Positions 18,721 through 27,847 of a stretch of DNA of 64,000 bases are shown in pieces (position 1 is the first letter of the stretch; each line of letters begins with the position of its first letter). Source of the DNA: Lachnospiraceae bacterium (GTDB taxonomy: Bacteria > Bacillota > Clostridia > Lachnospirales > Lachnospiraceae); the NCBI GenBank assembly GCA_024693455.1, contig JAILKW010000022.1, positions 12,318 through 76,317 on the forward strand, read 5' to 3'. A program made the translations under genes and the position numbers. The notes below the pieces were generated by a model, which saw nothing but the letters and a program-made list of their open reading frames with translations, ran no database searches and was not told the DNA's origin.

Positions 18721-20787
18721 TTACAGATTGGTGTATGAACTGCTCAGTCTGCTTTGAAGCTGCAGCTTTAGCAGATGATATTTGTCAGAAGAAAGATCGG
18801 GGTCTTCTTCAAGTATTAGATCGCAGTCGGCGCTAACATTGTTTAACAGTTTTGAATCCTGATATATGTCGGCAACTTTGAATGCAAAATCCCCGCTTTG
18901 TCTTATTCCCATGATATCTCCCGGCCCGCGACTTTGAAGATCAAAGGAGGATATCTTAAATCCGTCATTTGATTCAGAAAGTACCTTTAATCTCTCACTG
19001 ACTTCTTTCTTACCGGAGGTATCTATGAAAATGCAGTAGGACTGATGCGCTCCTCTTCCCACGCGACCCCTGAGTTGGTGTAGCTGGGCCAGGCCGAAAC
19101 GATTGGCGTTTTCTATCATTATGACGGTTGCATTTGGAACATTTATGCCAACCTCTATTACCGTGGTGGAAACAAGAAGATCGATTTTTCCGGAAGCAAA
19201 ATCAGCCATGATCCGCTCTTTTTCGTCGGCTTTCATACGCCCGTGTAATTTGGCTATTGAAAAATCTTTGAAATAGGGCTTTATTTTTTCTGTATAATCG
19301 ACAACATTTTCAGGTGCGTTGTCATTTGAATCATCCCCCGATTCCACCATGGGACAGATTATCATTCCCTGTCTGCCCTCTTTAAGCTGCTTTAAGATAA
19401 AACCGTAGGCTGCCATCCTCTTATCGGAACCTACGAGAGAATTCTTAATAGGTAATCTGTTTGAAGGCAGTTCGGATATTACCGAAATATTCATGCCTGT
19501 ATAAAGGATCATCGCAAGTGTTCTGGGAATAGGTGTTGCACTCATAACGATGGAAAAAACGTGATGTCCCTTTTCGGCCAGGGCTTTTCTTTGCCTGACA
19601 CCGAATCTGTGCTGTTCATCGGTTATAACAAGTCCGAGATTATTAAATTCTACCTTTTCCTGAAAAACCGCATGTGTTCCTATGATAAAGTCGGCTTCAT
19701 GAGAGCTTATCTTCTCTCTTGCGATCCGCTTTTCCTTTGCTGTCATGGAACCTGTCAGAAGTACTGCACAAAAGGGAAGGGAATGATCTTCACTCATTTT
19801 TGAAAAGCTTTCAAAATGCTGGGCTGCCAAAACCTCTGTGGGCGCCATTATGGCAGATTGGTAGCCGTTTTCAGCCATGTAAACCATAGATAAAAATGCA
19901 ATTACTGTCTTACCGCTGCCAACATCCCCCTGGATGAGTCTTTGCGCTATGTATTCGCCGCCGAAATCTTTTTCTATATCACTTAAGGCTTCGGCCTGAC
20001 CTTTAGTAAGTGAAAAAGGAAGGGATGATCTTACCCTGTCATATATATCATGTTTGTCTAAAACAAGATCATTTTCTGCTTTCTCTTCTGCTTTTAGCTC
20101 CATTTTCATATTTAAAGCAAAAAACAAAAATTCGTTATAGGCAAGTCTTATCCTTGAGTTGTAAAGATCCTCAAAGCTGTCCGGAAAGTGATAATGAAAA
20201 AGAGCTTCTCTGTATTCGGTCAGATTTCTCTCTTTTAACCAGTCGCGAGGCAGAAATTCGCTTATGTCGATCGTTTCATCGAAAGCATTCTGAACAAATT
20301 TGCGAAGTTTATCGCCTGTCAAACCCTTTGTCAGAGGATAAACAGGAAGCAGTTTTTCGCAAAGTGATCCATAGGCTTTAGGGGTGAAAAGCTTTGCCTG
20401 TTCCAGCTTAAACTTTGAGCCGTCTTTTTTCAGATTACCGTATAAAACATAATCACTGCCTAATATTATCTGATTTTTAATATAGGGCATTCTGTACCAT
20501 ATCAGTTCTATCTTATCGGAATCCGGAAGCGTAAGTGAGCCGAGTGTAATGTCCATAGACCTGGTCCGCTTGACGCTAAGAGAACTTTTTATCCTTCCGA
20601 ATACTGCAATTTGGCCTTCTGTTAAATCTTTAACACTTTTTACGGGATCGGGATAAGTAAAATAATCCCTTGGAAAGAACTCCAAAAGATCTTTGATCTT
20701 AAAAATAAGGAGTCGGGAAAAAAGCTCCTTGGTTTTCCCACCGACTCCTTTTAATTTTGTAATATCGTCATTAAAAAACATGATCAC
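18721..20787 (-). CDS. recG: ATP-dependent DNA helicase RecG
   Basis: QGDVGSGKT, DEQHRFGV, MSATPIPRTL and LAQLHQLRGRVGRG. Confidence 0.97.
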   Translation of the reverse strand: MIMFFNDDITKLKGVGGKTKELFSRLLIFKIKDLLEFFPRDYFTYPDPVKSVKDLTEGQIAVFGRIKSSLSVKRTRSMDITLGSLTLPDSDKIELIWYRMPYIKNQIILGSDYVLYGNLKKDGSKFKLEQAKLFTPKAYGSLCEKLLPVYPLTKGLTGDKLRKFVQNAFDETIDISEFLPRDWLKERNLTEYREALFHYHFPDSFEDLYNSRIRLAYNEFLFFALNMKMELKAEEKAENDLVLDKHDIYDRVRSSLPFSLTKGQAEALSDIEKDFGGEYIAQRLIQGDVGSGKTVIAFLSMVYMAENGYQSAIMAPTEVLAAQHFESFSKMSEDHSLPFCAVLLTGSMTAKEKRIAREKISSHEADFIIGTHAVFQEKVEFNNLGLVITDEQHRFGVRQRKALAEKGHHVFSIVMSATPIPRTLAMILYTGMNISVISELPSNRLPIKNSLVGSDKRMAAYGFILKQLKEGRQGMIICPMVESGDDSNDNAPENVVDYTEKIKPYFKDFSIAKLHGRMKADEKERIMADFASGKIDLLVSTTVIEVGINVPNATVIMIENANRFGLAQLHQLRGRVGRGAHQSYCIFIDTSGKKEVSERLKVLSESNDGFKISSFDLQSRGPGDIMGIRQSGDFAFKVADIYQDSKLLNNVSADCDLILEEDPDLSSDKYHLLKLQLQSRLSSSYTNL

Positions 20788-22421
20788 TCAACTGAAATAA
20801 CATAATAATAAACCGGTTGTCCTCCCATCTGAAGCTCAAACTCGATATCAGGGAAGATCGTAGCAGCCTTATCTTTTAGGGCTTCAGCATCTGATTCGCT
20901 GACATCTGATCCGAAGTAGATGGAAACGAGAGAAGAATCTTCATCTATAAGTTCTTCAAGCAAGGCGGTAAATGTTTCTTCAATATCTTTATTAACCGCT
21001 AAAATGCCGCTGTCGCCGATACCCATGTAATCACCTTCTTTGATCTCTTTGTCATCAATGATGGTGTCTCTTACGGCGTAGGTGATCTCTCCCGATTTTA
21101 CATTCTTGATCTCTTCTGTCATACGCTCTTCGTTTTCGCTGACTGACTGATCGGCAATGAAATTGATAAGAGCTGTGACACCCTGAGGAAGCGTCTTTGT
21201 GGGGAGAACGATAACTTCTTTATTGTCGCAAAGGTCTTTGGCCTGATTGGCGGCAAGTATTATATTTTTATTGTTGGGAAGGACGAAAACGGTTTTGGCG
21301 TTTACCTTGTCAATGGCGGAAATGATATCCTCTGTACTAGGGTTCATTGTCTGACCGCCTTCTATAATATAGTCTGCACCGAGTTCATGGAAGATCCTGT
21401 TCATCCCCTCTCCGATGGAAACGGCAACAAAGCCCATGTTCTTGGCGGGAAGTGATTCTTCGGCTTTTTCTTCCGGTTCTCCTGCAGTGTCTGTTTTTTC
21501 GAGTTTTATGTTTTTAATATTTATATTGTCAAGAATACCGAATTTGATGGAACGGCTTAGAGCCTTACCCGGATCATCCGTAAACAGCGATGCCTTCATC
21601 TCTTTACCGTTTAGTTCAATGTCAATACATTTACCTATTGTATTGAAATATTCTTTAAGATCGCCGTCAAGTTTTGCTGCAAAAGAGTCTTTGGCAATTA
21701 TTGAAAACGACATTGAATATGTAAATGTTTTTTGGCTTTCTTTTATTTCTTTGGCTTTCTTTTCTTCTTTGGTTGTGTCGCCATCTATGGTAAGATCGAT
21801 TTCTTTACCCGACAGATAATCGCAGATCCCGCGGAATACTTCAACCAAACCCTGTCCGCCGGAATCCACAACACCGGCTTGTTTAAGAACCGGTAGCATA
21901 TCGGGAGTTTTGGCAAGTACAGCCTCGGCTTCCTCTAAAATACCGAGTGAAAATTCCAAAATATCATCAGTGGTCTCGGCAAGTTCGGCGGCCTTGTCGG
22001 CTGCACCTCTCGCAACTGTAAGAATGGTTCCTTCTTTAGGCTTCATAACCGCTTTGTATGCAGTTTCGCATGCTTTTTGGAAGGCCTCGTTAAGTATGTT
22101 AACATTAAGTATTTCTTCATTCTTGATAACCTTTGTAAATCCTCTGAACAGCTGAGAAAGAATAACACCTGAGTTACCTCTTGCTCCTCTGAGTGAACCG
22201 GAAGACATAGCCTTTGATACAGTCTTCATATCGGGATTTTCAATGGCGGCAACTTCTGTGGCTGCAGACATTATTGTCATTGTCATATTGGTGCCTGTAT
22301 CACCGTCCGGAACGGGAAATACATTAAGCTCATTGATCAGATCCTTTTTTGCTTCGAGATATTTTGCACCAGCCAGAAATGCCTTTGCAAGATCATTTGC
22401 ACGAATTTCGTTATTCTCCAC
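20784..22421 (-). CDS. fakA: DAK2-domain fatty acid kinase catalytic subunit (YloV/FakA)
   Basis: LNVFPVPDGDTGTNM, GARGNSGVILSQ, GVVDSGGQG and GGQTMNPST. Confidence 0.9.
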   Translation of the reverse strand: MENNEIRANDLAKAFLAGAKYLEAKKDLINELNVFPVPDGDTGTNMTMTIMSAATEVAAIENPDMKTVSKAMSSGSLRGARGNSGVILSQLFRGFTKVIKNEEILNVNILNEAFQKACETAYKAVMKPKEGTILTVARGAADKAAELAETTDDILEFSLGILEEAEAVLAKTPDMLPVLKQAGVVDSGGQGLVEVFRGICDYLSGKEIDLTIDGDTTKEEKKAKEIKESQKTFTYSMSFSIIAKDSFAAKLDGDLKEYFNTIGKCIDIELNGKEMKASLFTDDPGKALSRSIKFGILDNINIKNIKLEKTDTAGEPEEKAEESLPAKNMGFVAVSIGEGMNRIFHELGADYIIEGGQTMNPSTEDIISAIDKVNAKTVFVLPNNKNIILAANQAKDLCDNKEVIVLPTKTLPQGVTALINFIADQSVSENEERMTEEIKNVKSGEITYAVRDTIIDDKEIKEGDYMGIGDSGILAVNKDIEETFTALLEELIDEDSSLVSIYFGSDVSESDAEALKDKAATIFPDIEFELQMGGQPVYYYVISVE

Positions 22422-22432
22422 GATATTCCTCC

Positions 22433-22798
22433 TTAATCAATAACGCGAAGGCCTTCAATGAAGACGTTAATCTCTTTAACGGCCATTCCGGTAAATTCTT
22501 CAACTTTATATCTGACTGTCTGCTTGAGATTGTCCGCAACCGTGACAATACTTACACCGTATGAAACGATACAATGAAAATCAAGCGATACCGAATTATC
22601 ATCATTTACAGTAACATCTATTCCATGTGAAAGATAATCTTTTTTAAGAAGCTTAACAAGTCCGTCCTTCATATTTACGGCTGCCATACCAACAATTCCG
22701 AAGCATTCTACGGCTATTGTACCTGCGTAAGCAGCTATGACTTCTTTGTCTATTATGATCTTGCCAAGCTCATTTTCCATCTGTCCCTGACTTTGCAT
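22433..22798 (-). CDS. Asp23/Gls24 family protein (YloU)
   Basis: ECFGIVGMA and VSYGVSI; conserved position between rpmB and the DAK2 gene. Confidence 0.9.
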   Translation of the reverse strand: MQSQGQMENELGKIIIDKEVIAAYAGTIAVECFGIVGMAAVNMKDGLVKLLKKDYLSHGIDVTVNDDNSVSLDFHCIVSYGVSIVTVADNLKQTVRYKVEEFTGMAVKEINVFIEGLRVID

Positions 22799-22833
22799 AA
22801 AAACTCCTTTCGTATTAGCTCATGAATGACATT

Positions 22834-22862
22834 ATTATAACAAAAAAAAACAGCAGAGGCAA
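22834..22862 (-). promoter_or_regulatory. Sigma-A promoter for asp23-fakA-recG, overlapping the rpmB terminator
   Basis: TTGCCT (22862-22857), 17-bp spacer, TATAAT (22839-22834). Confidence 0.6.
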
Positions 22863-22886
22863 TCAATAACTGAAAGCTTCCGCTGT
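22842..22886 (-). terminator. Intrinsic terminator of rpmB
   Basis: Minus strand ACAGCGGAAGC...GCCTCTGCTG followed by 9 T. Confidence 0.7.
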
Positions 22887-22903
22887 CCTATTCTGCGAAA
22901 TTA

Positions 22904-23089
22904 TTATGCACGCTCTACAGCGCCGGAACGCAGGCAGGAAGTGCAAACGTACATCTTCTTGGGAGTACCGTTAACAATACATTTAACAGACTTCACATTT
23001 GACTTCCAAATACGATTTGATCTTCTATGAGAATGGCTCACATTATTTCCAAAATGAGCGCCTTTTCCGCATACTGCACATTTAGCCAT
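22904..23089 (-). CDS. rpmB: 50S ribosomal protein L28 (Zn-ribbon type)
   Basis: CAVCGK, GNNVSHSHRR and CTSCLRS; GGAGG RBS. Confidence 0.97.
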   Translation of the reverse strand: MAKCAVCGKGAHFGNNVSHSHRRSNRIWKSNVKSVKCIVNGTPKKMYVCTSCLRSGAVERA

Positions 23090-23152
23090 TTTAGCACCTC
23101 CTTAATGATTATTTTTAAGGATGCATGTGCCTCTTGCACACACAACATGAGT

Positions 23153-23181
23153 ATTCTATCAGAATATAATACCAAATGCAA
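23153..23181 (-). promoter_or_regulatory. Sigma-A promoter for rpmB
   Basis: TTGCAT, 17-bp spacer, TAGAAT with an extended TGn. Confidence 0.65.
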
Positions 23182-23199
23182 GAATTTTTTTATTTTTCT

Positions 23200-23652
23200 T
23201 TATGAAGAAATCTCATCTTCTTCAGTGAGAATATCAACGGCGTCTGTAACCGCATCTGTAACTGCATCTGCCGCAAGATCTCTTGCCGCGTTATCCTCAG
23301 CGGAGCGACCTTTTTTATTCTGTTTGGATTTGAAGGTGTCTACAAAATCAGGTACCAGATCAAGCAGTTTATCCATACCGGTATTGGTGGCTATGTTTAT
23401 GAGTCTGGTTGTTCCGTTATGTATTACAAGGACGGAGCTGGGTCTCATTTTACCGCCTATTCCGCCTGCTCCGCTTCCACTGTGTTCTTTTGAAAAACTG
23501 CCGCTGGCAAGTCCGAACGAAACATCAACCAAAGGTATGATAATGGTATCATCAATTTTTAAAGGTTCACCGACAACCGTCTTTGTTGACAGATATGTTT
23601 CCATTCCGTTAAATAAAGAAGCTATGGTCTCATTGATATTACCGTTTGCCAT
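23200..23652 (-). CDS. GerW/YtfJ family protein
   Basis: TKTVVGEPLKI.DTIIIPLVDVSFG, GAGGIGG and DKLLDLVP. Confidence 0.88.
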   Translation of the reverse strand: MANGNINETIASLFNGMETYLSTKTVVGEPLKIDDTIIIPLVDVSFGLASGSFSKEHSGSGAGGIGGKMRPSSVLVIHNGTTRLINIATNTGMDKLLDLVPDFVDTFKSKQNKKGRSAEDNAARDLAADAVTDAVTDAVDILTEEDEISS

Positions 23653-23654
23653 TA

Positions 23655-24704
23655 TTATCCTCCTATGACTTTAAATATTATGGTTCTGGAATTTTTATTT
23701 ATAAGAATCTTTATAACAAGAGATATTAACCAAAGAAGTTTGATCTTTCCCACGGCAAAAATCTCTCCGTCAAAATATAGGTCTTCCGATTCGAAATCGG
23801 GTTCTATGTAATTCCCTTTTCGGTACATTACAGGCATCAGGCAAAACAGCCCGAACATCTGACCGGTATAATCCGGAGAGGTGAGCGAATAACGCCCTTG
23901 TATCCTTTTTATATGGGGAATAAGCTTTTTGAGTAGTACAAAAACGCAGCTGATTATGTATTTTATGCCTGAAATGCATTCTTCGCTCAAATATGACTTT
24001 AAAAGTTCAAATTTACCCGTTATATCATTTTCAGGTGCATTTTCGGTATCTTTTTGCTTCGGACTATCATCTTTGGAAGCTGCATCCGAAGTGTTTTCTT
24101 TTTTATTTTTATGATCGCCTGCTCTGTCATCCGGGTTCTCGGTTTTATGTTCCGTAGGATCTGCGGCTTTACTGATATCCTCTTTGGGTTCAATTGTCTC
24201 TTCCGATACGTCGATCTTTGCGTTTATTGTTATTTTATCCTCGGATCCGACGGCATTTTGGGGAGTCTCCCTGAAATTGACTTCGTATACGTTTTCGGGA
24301 ACTTCAAATCCAAGCGCTTTTTCGGATCCCTTGATATCGTTTGAAGTATCGGAACTATCGGTGCTTTCGGATCCTTCTTTTATTGTTTCCGTTTTGCCGG
24401 GAGATGCTTCTTTTTCTTCTTCCGGTGAAGGAGCATCTTCTTCGTCGGTTTCGGGTGTTATGTTTATGATTTCTTTTATGCCGAACAGTTTGACATTGAC
24501 AGTCAGACCGTTCCTTGCTTCATATCTGACCTTTCCGGATACAATGTGAACAAGATCGTGTATCGAGAAACATATGTAGCGCTCTCCGTCCCATTTAACA
24601 AGTATGTCATAGATTATCGGTGAAAAAACAAGGTAACATATTGCCGCTAAAAGAACACCTAAAACGACTAAAAATATCCATAATAAAATCTTTAGTATTA
24701 TCAT
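23655..24704 (-). CDS. YtfI-like / DUF2953 membrane-anchored protein with a long acidic disordered insert
   Basis: N-terminal TM helix and C-terminal PDYTGQMFG...EPDF motif; upstream of a ytfJ homologue. AAGGAG RBS before ATG 24704. Confidence 0.65.
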   Translation of the reverse strand: MIILKILLWIFLVVLGVLLAAICYLVFSPIIYDILVKWDGERYICFSIHDLVHIVSGKVRYEARNGLTVNVKLFGIKEIINITPETDEEDAPSPEEEKEASPGKTETIKEGSESTDSSDTSNDIKGSEKALGFEVPENVYEVNFRETPQNAVGSEDKITINAKIDVSEETIEPKEDISKAADPTEHKTENPDDRAGDHKNKKENTSDAASKDDSPKQKDTENAPENDITGKFELLKSYLSEECISGIKYIISCVFVLLKKLIPHIKRIQGRYSLTSPDYTGQMFGLFCLMPVMYRKGNYIEPDFESEDLYFDGEIFAVGKIKLLWLISLVIKILINKNSRTIIFKVIGG

Positions 24705-25075
24705 AGGCTTAGCTTCTCCTTCGGAAGGAAGCTTTGCTTTTCCCAATAGTTTTTGAAATCGAAAATATCATTTTGATGTGTATCAAAAAGTTCTCTGATA
24801 AACTCCAAAAGATTGGAATGCCCACGGCATATAGCGATTATATAGGCCTTTTCTTTTACCAAAAGAGGTATAAGCGGATTTGAACATTCGTATATCTCAA
24901 ATAAACTGTCTTTATTGTCGGAAAGAGAAACAACATAAACCCTTGGAAGCTTTCCACCTTCCAAAAGGGCAGAAATTATCCTTTCTTTATCATCGATACG
25001 TCCTTTGAAATATAGCTTCTCATAGAAATACCATGATGCATTTGTCTCATTTCCGTTTTTCTTCATAGCATTCAT
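24701..25075 (-). CDS. Hypothetical protein
   Basis: 124-aa ORF packed in the operon between the PBP and DUF2953 genes with 4-nt overlap coupling; no recognised motif. Confidence 0.65.
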   Translation of the reverse strand: MNAMKKNGNETNASWYFYEKLYFKGRIDDKERIISALLEGGKLPRVYVVSLSDNKDSLFEIYECSNPLIPLLVKEKAYIIAICRGHSNLLEFIRELFDTHQNDIFDFKNYWEKQSFLPKEKLSL

Positions 25076-25079
25076 TTTA

Positions 25080-26534
25080 TCATTTTGACAAATAACTGTC
25101 TATTATCTTTTTTGCAAGAGGAAGTGCGTGGGAAGATCCCGCTCCCGCTCCTTCCATTATTACCGAAACGGCAATTTTCTTACCGTTTTTATTTGCAAAG
25201 CCTACGAACCATGAATGGGCCTCGTTTTTATTGGATGAAAATTCCGCGGTTCCGGTTTTACCGTAAGCTTTGTAGGAAGAAGTTAAAAGGCCTGTTCCCG
25301 TTCCTTCGGTAACTACTTTTCTCATGTATTTTTTCAGACGATTTGCTTCCTTTTTTGAAATAAGTCTCCCGTATTCTACGGGTTTAAATGTTTTCACGTT
25401 AATGCCGTTATTGTTCTCTATACTGTCAATGTAGTACGGCTCCATAAGATATCCGTTATTTGCAACGGTTGAGGCTACAAGAGCCATCTGAAGAGGTGTT
25501 GCAAGTGTATTTCCCTGGCCTATGGAGGTTTGCATTATAAGCGCATCATTTGCAGATTTATCCATTGTAAAACTTGATGATTTTACATTGGAAATATCTG
25601 TTGGTATATCGGTGTTGAAAAGGAAATCTTCGGCTGCATTTTTAAGGGAATTTTTCTTTAAAACAAGACCTATCTTGGCAAAAGTTGTATTGCAGGAATT
25701 CGCAAAGGCCGTTTCAAAGGATTGATTTCCGTGTGCTTTGTTTCCGTAACAATGGATAGTAAATCCGTCGCTTGTAAAATCACCGCTGCAGTCAAAGGTT
25801 ACATTGTCGTTTCTGCCGTTTCTGTCATAGGCAAGAGCTGTTATGATCTTAAAGGTTGATCCCGGCGGATACAGTCCCTGGGTTGCCCTGTTAAGCAATA
25901 TGCTTTCACTGCTTGAAGATGTAAGACTCTCCCATTGCTGTGAAATGGTTGAGGGATCAAAATCCGGTTTGGAAACCATGGCAAGTATCTTACCGGTTTC
26001 GGGATCCATGGCAACAACTGCGCCTTTATATGAGCCCATACCGTTATATGCGGCTTCCTGAGCCTTTGAATCAAGAGTCAGGATCACATTATCGCCCTCA
26101 TTTTTCTTTTCAAAAAGATCGTTTTTTAACCGGTCGATTATAAAGGCATGGGAACGGAGAAGATAAAAGTTTGCGTCTTTTTCTGCTCCGCTCATACCGT
26201 TTACCGAAAATCCGACCACATGAGCATACTCTCTTCCTTTTGGGTAAACTCTAGTTTCGTTTTTTCCGTCATAATCTGAATGAGCCAGTACTACATTATC
26301 GCTTGTTTTTATATCTCCGCGAATAGTATGTTCCGACATTACCGAGAGCCTGGGATTGGATGAATGATTTATAAAAGCTTCACTTTGAAATCCCACAAAA
26401 TAACAAAAGTACACTATGAGCGCTAAATACAGGGCGATCATCGAGTAGGTAACAACTGCAAATTCGCGGTTTAAGGAACGACGTTTTTTACGTCTTACTT
26501 TTGGTGTTTTGATTTCTTCTTTATTTGATCTCAT
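25080..26534 (-). CDS. Class B penicillin-binding protein (transpeptidase)
   Basis: N-terminal TM helix; SxxK (GSTFK), SxN (SCN) and KTGT motifs. Confidence 0.93.
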   Translation of the reverse strand: MRSNKEEIKTPKVRRKKRRSLNREFAVVTYSMIALYLALIVYFCYFVGFQSEAFINHSSNPRLSVMSEHTIRGDIKTSDNVVLAHSDYDGKNETRVYPKGREYAHVVGFSVNGMSGAEKDANFYLLRSHAFIIDRLKNDLFEKKNEGDNVILTLDSKAQEAAYNGMGSYKGAVVAMDPETGKILAMVSKPDFDPSTISQQWESLTSSSSESILLNRATQGLYPPGSTFKIITALAYDRNGRNDNVTFDCSGDFTSDGFTIHCYGNKAHGNQSFETAFANSCNTTFAKIGLVLKKNSLKNAAEDFLFNTDIPTDISNVKSSSFTMDKSANDALIMQTSIGQGNTLATPLQMALVASTVANNGYLMEPYYIDSIENNNGINVKTFKPVEYGRLISKKEANRLKKYMRKVVTEGTGTGLLTSSYKAYGKTGTAEFSSNKNEAHSWFVGFANKNGKKIAVSVIMEGAGAGSSHALPLAKKIIDSYLSK

Positions 26535-27843
26535 TATCGGCTTCAGCCTCCCATCCCGCTCTCTTATACAATCCCTGGATGACAGCGAAAATAAATATTG
26601 TAGAAAGAATGGAGCTTCCTCCGTAGCTTATCAGAGGAAGTGTCACACCCGTTGAAGGAATAAACTTGGTAACGCCTCCAAGGGTTATAAAGACCTGTAT
26701 CCCGTAGCAAACGGCCAGTCCCAAAGCTACAAGTTTATAGAATCTTTCATGTATCTGCATGGCAATATTGAAAAACATAAGTATGCAGCTTATACAGATA
26801 AATATAATGCATAAAGCAAATACAGCACCCATTTCTTCGGATATGGCGGCAAAGATAAAATCAGTTGTTACTACAGGGATCTTTTCGGGCATTCCCTCAT
26901 AAAGACCACTGCCGAACCAGCCGCCGCTTCCGATTGCAAAAAGGGATCTTGAAATCTGATAACCTGCGTCATTTACCACGGCGAGCGGATCCTGCCATGC
27001 TATAACACGGGTTCTTACATGGGAAAACAGATGGTAACCGGCTATCGCCGCTCCTCCTCCCATGAGAAAGCCCGCAAAAAGATAAGTCCAGTTACGTGTT
27101 GCTACGTATAGCATGAAAAGAAAGGTCACAAAATATATCATGGCACTTCCCAAATCCTTTGAAGCAACCAGGATCAGTACAAATACGGCGGATATTGCGG
27201 AGGTTATGATCACCTGTTTAAGATCGGTATATATACAAAGCATGGATGCAACAAAAAATACGAAAATTATCTTAATTATTTCGGAAGGCTGCAGTGTAAC
27301 GGGACCTATTGAAATATTAAGCTTTGCACCGTAAACTACTTTTCCGAAAACCGCAACGCATAAAAGACCGAGTATACCGATGGCGGCATACAGATAAGAA
27401 AGCCTTGACCACATCTTCCATCTTTCTATCATAATCGGAACAAAGGCCGTTATAAGAAGAGCGGCTGCAGCGTAAACGATCTGTTTTATTGCCTGTCCCA
27501 TATCCAGCCGGCAAAGCATGATAAATCCCACAAGAAGCAGCATACACATATTATTTACCACTATCTCATTGGCATTACTGTATAACTTTTTGTATATAAG
27601 GTTTGTTATGTATATCAGAACTGCTTCGGCAACAGCCATAATAATAATTCTGATATCGTTAGTATTTAAAAACAGTACTGCATTGGCATTTAATAAAAGA
27701 AGGTATATATAAACCATCTGTCCTTTAAAAAGCCCGCCCCTTTCTTCAGCCGGACGGCCAAGAGCCGAAAAACAGTAATATGTATAGACAGCGATAATAA
27801 ATATCATTGTAAATCTTGAAACTGTTGTAATTATATGTATCAT
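26521..27843 (-). CDS. SEDS family glycosyltransferase (FtsW/RodA/SpoVE)
   Basis: QPSEIIK, KDLGSA, TDFIFAAISEEMG and TGVTLPLISYGGSS; paired with the bPBP. Confidence 0.93.
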   Translation of the reverse strand: MIHIITTVSRFTMIFIIAVYTYYCFSALGRPAEERGGLFKGQMVYIYLLLLNANAVLFLNTNDIRIIIMAVAEAVLIYITNLIYKKLYSNANEIVVNNMCMLLLVGFIMLCRLDMGQAIKQIVYAAAALLITAFVPIMIERWKMWSRLSYLYAAIGILGLLCVAVFGKVVYGAKLNISIGPVTLQPSEIIKIIFVFFVASMLCIYTDLKQVIITSAISAVFVLILVASKDLGSAMIYFVTFLFMLYVATRNWTYLFAGFLMGGGAAIAGYHLFSHVRTRVIAWQDPLAVVNDAGYQISRSLFAIGSGGWFGSGLYEGMPEKIPVVTTDFIFAAISEEMGAVFALCIIFICISCILMFFNIAMQIHERFYKLVALGLAVCYGIQVFITLGGVTKFIPSTGVTLPLISYGGSSILSTIFIFAVIQGLYKRAGWEAEADNEIK

Positions 27844-27847
27844 GAGG

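Noticed and set aside
23027-23668. 213-aa plus-strand ORF
   Set aside because: Antisense to rpmB and the gerW-like gene, with no recognisable motif.
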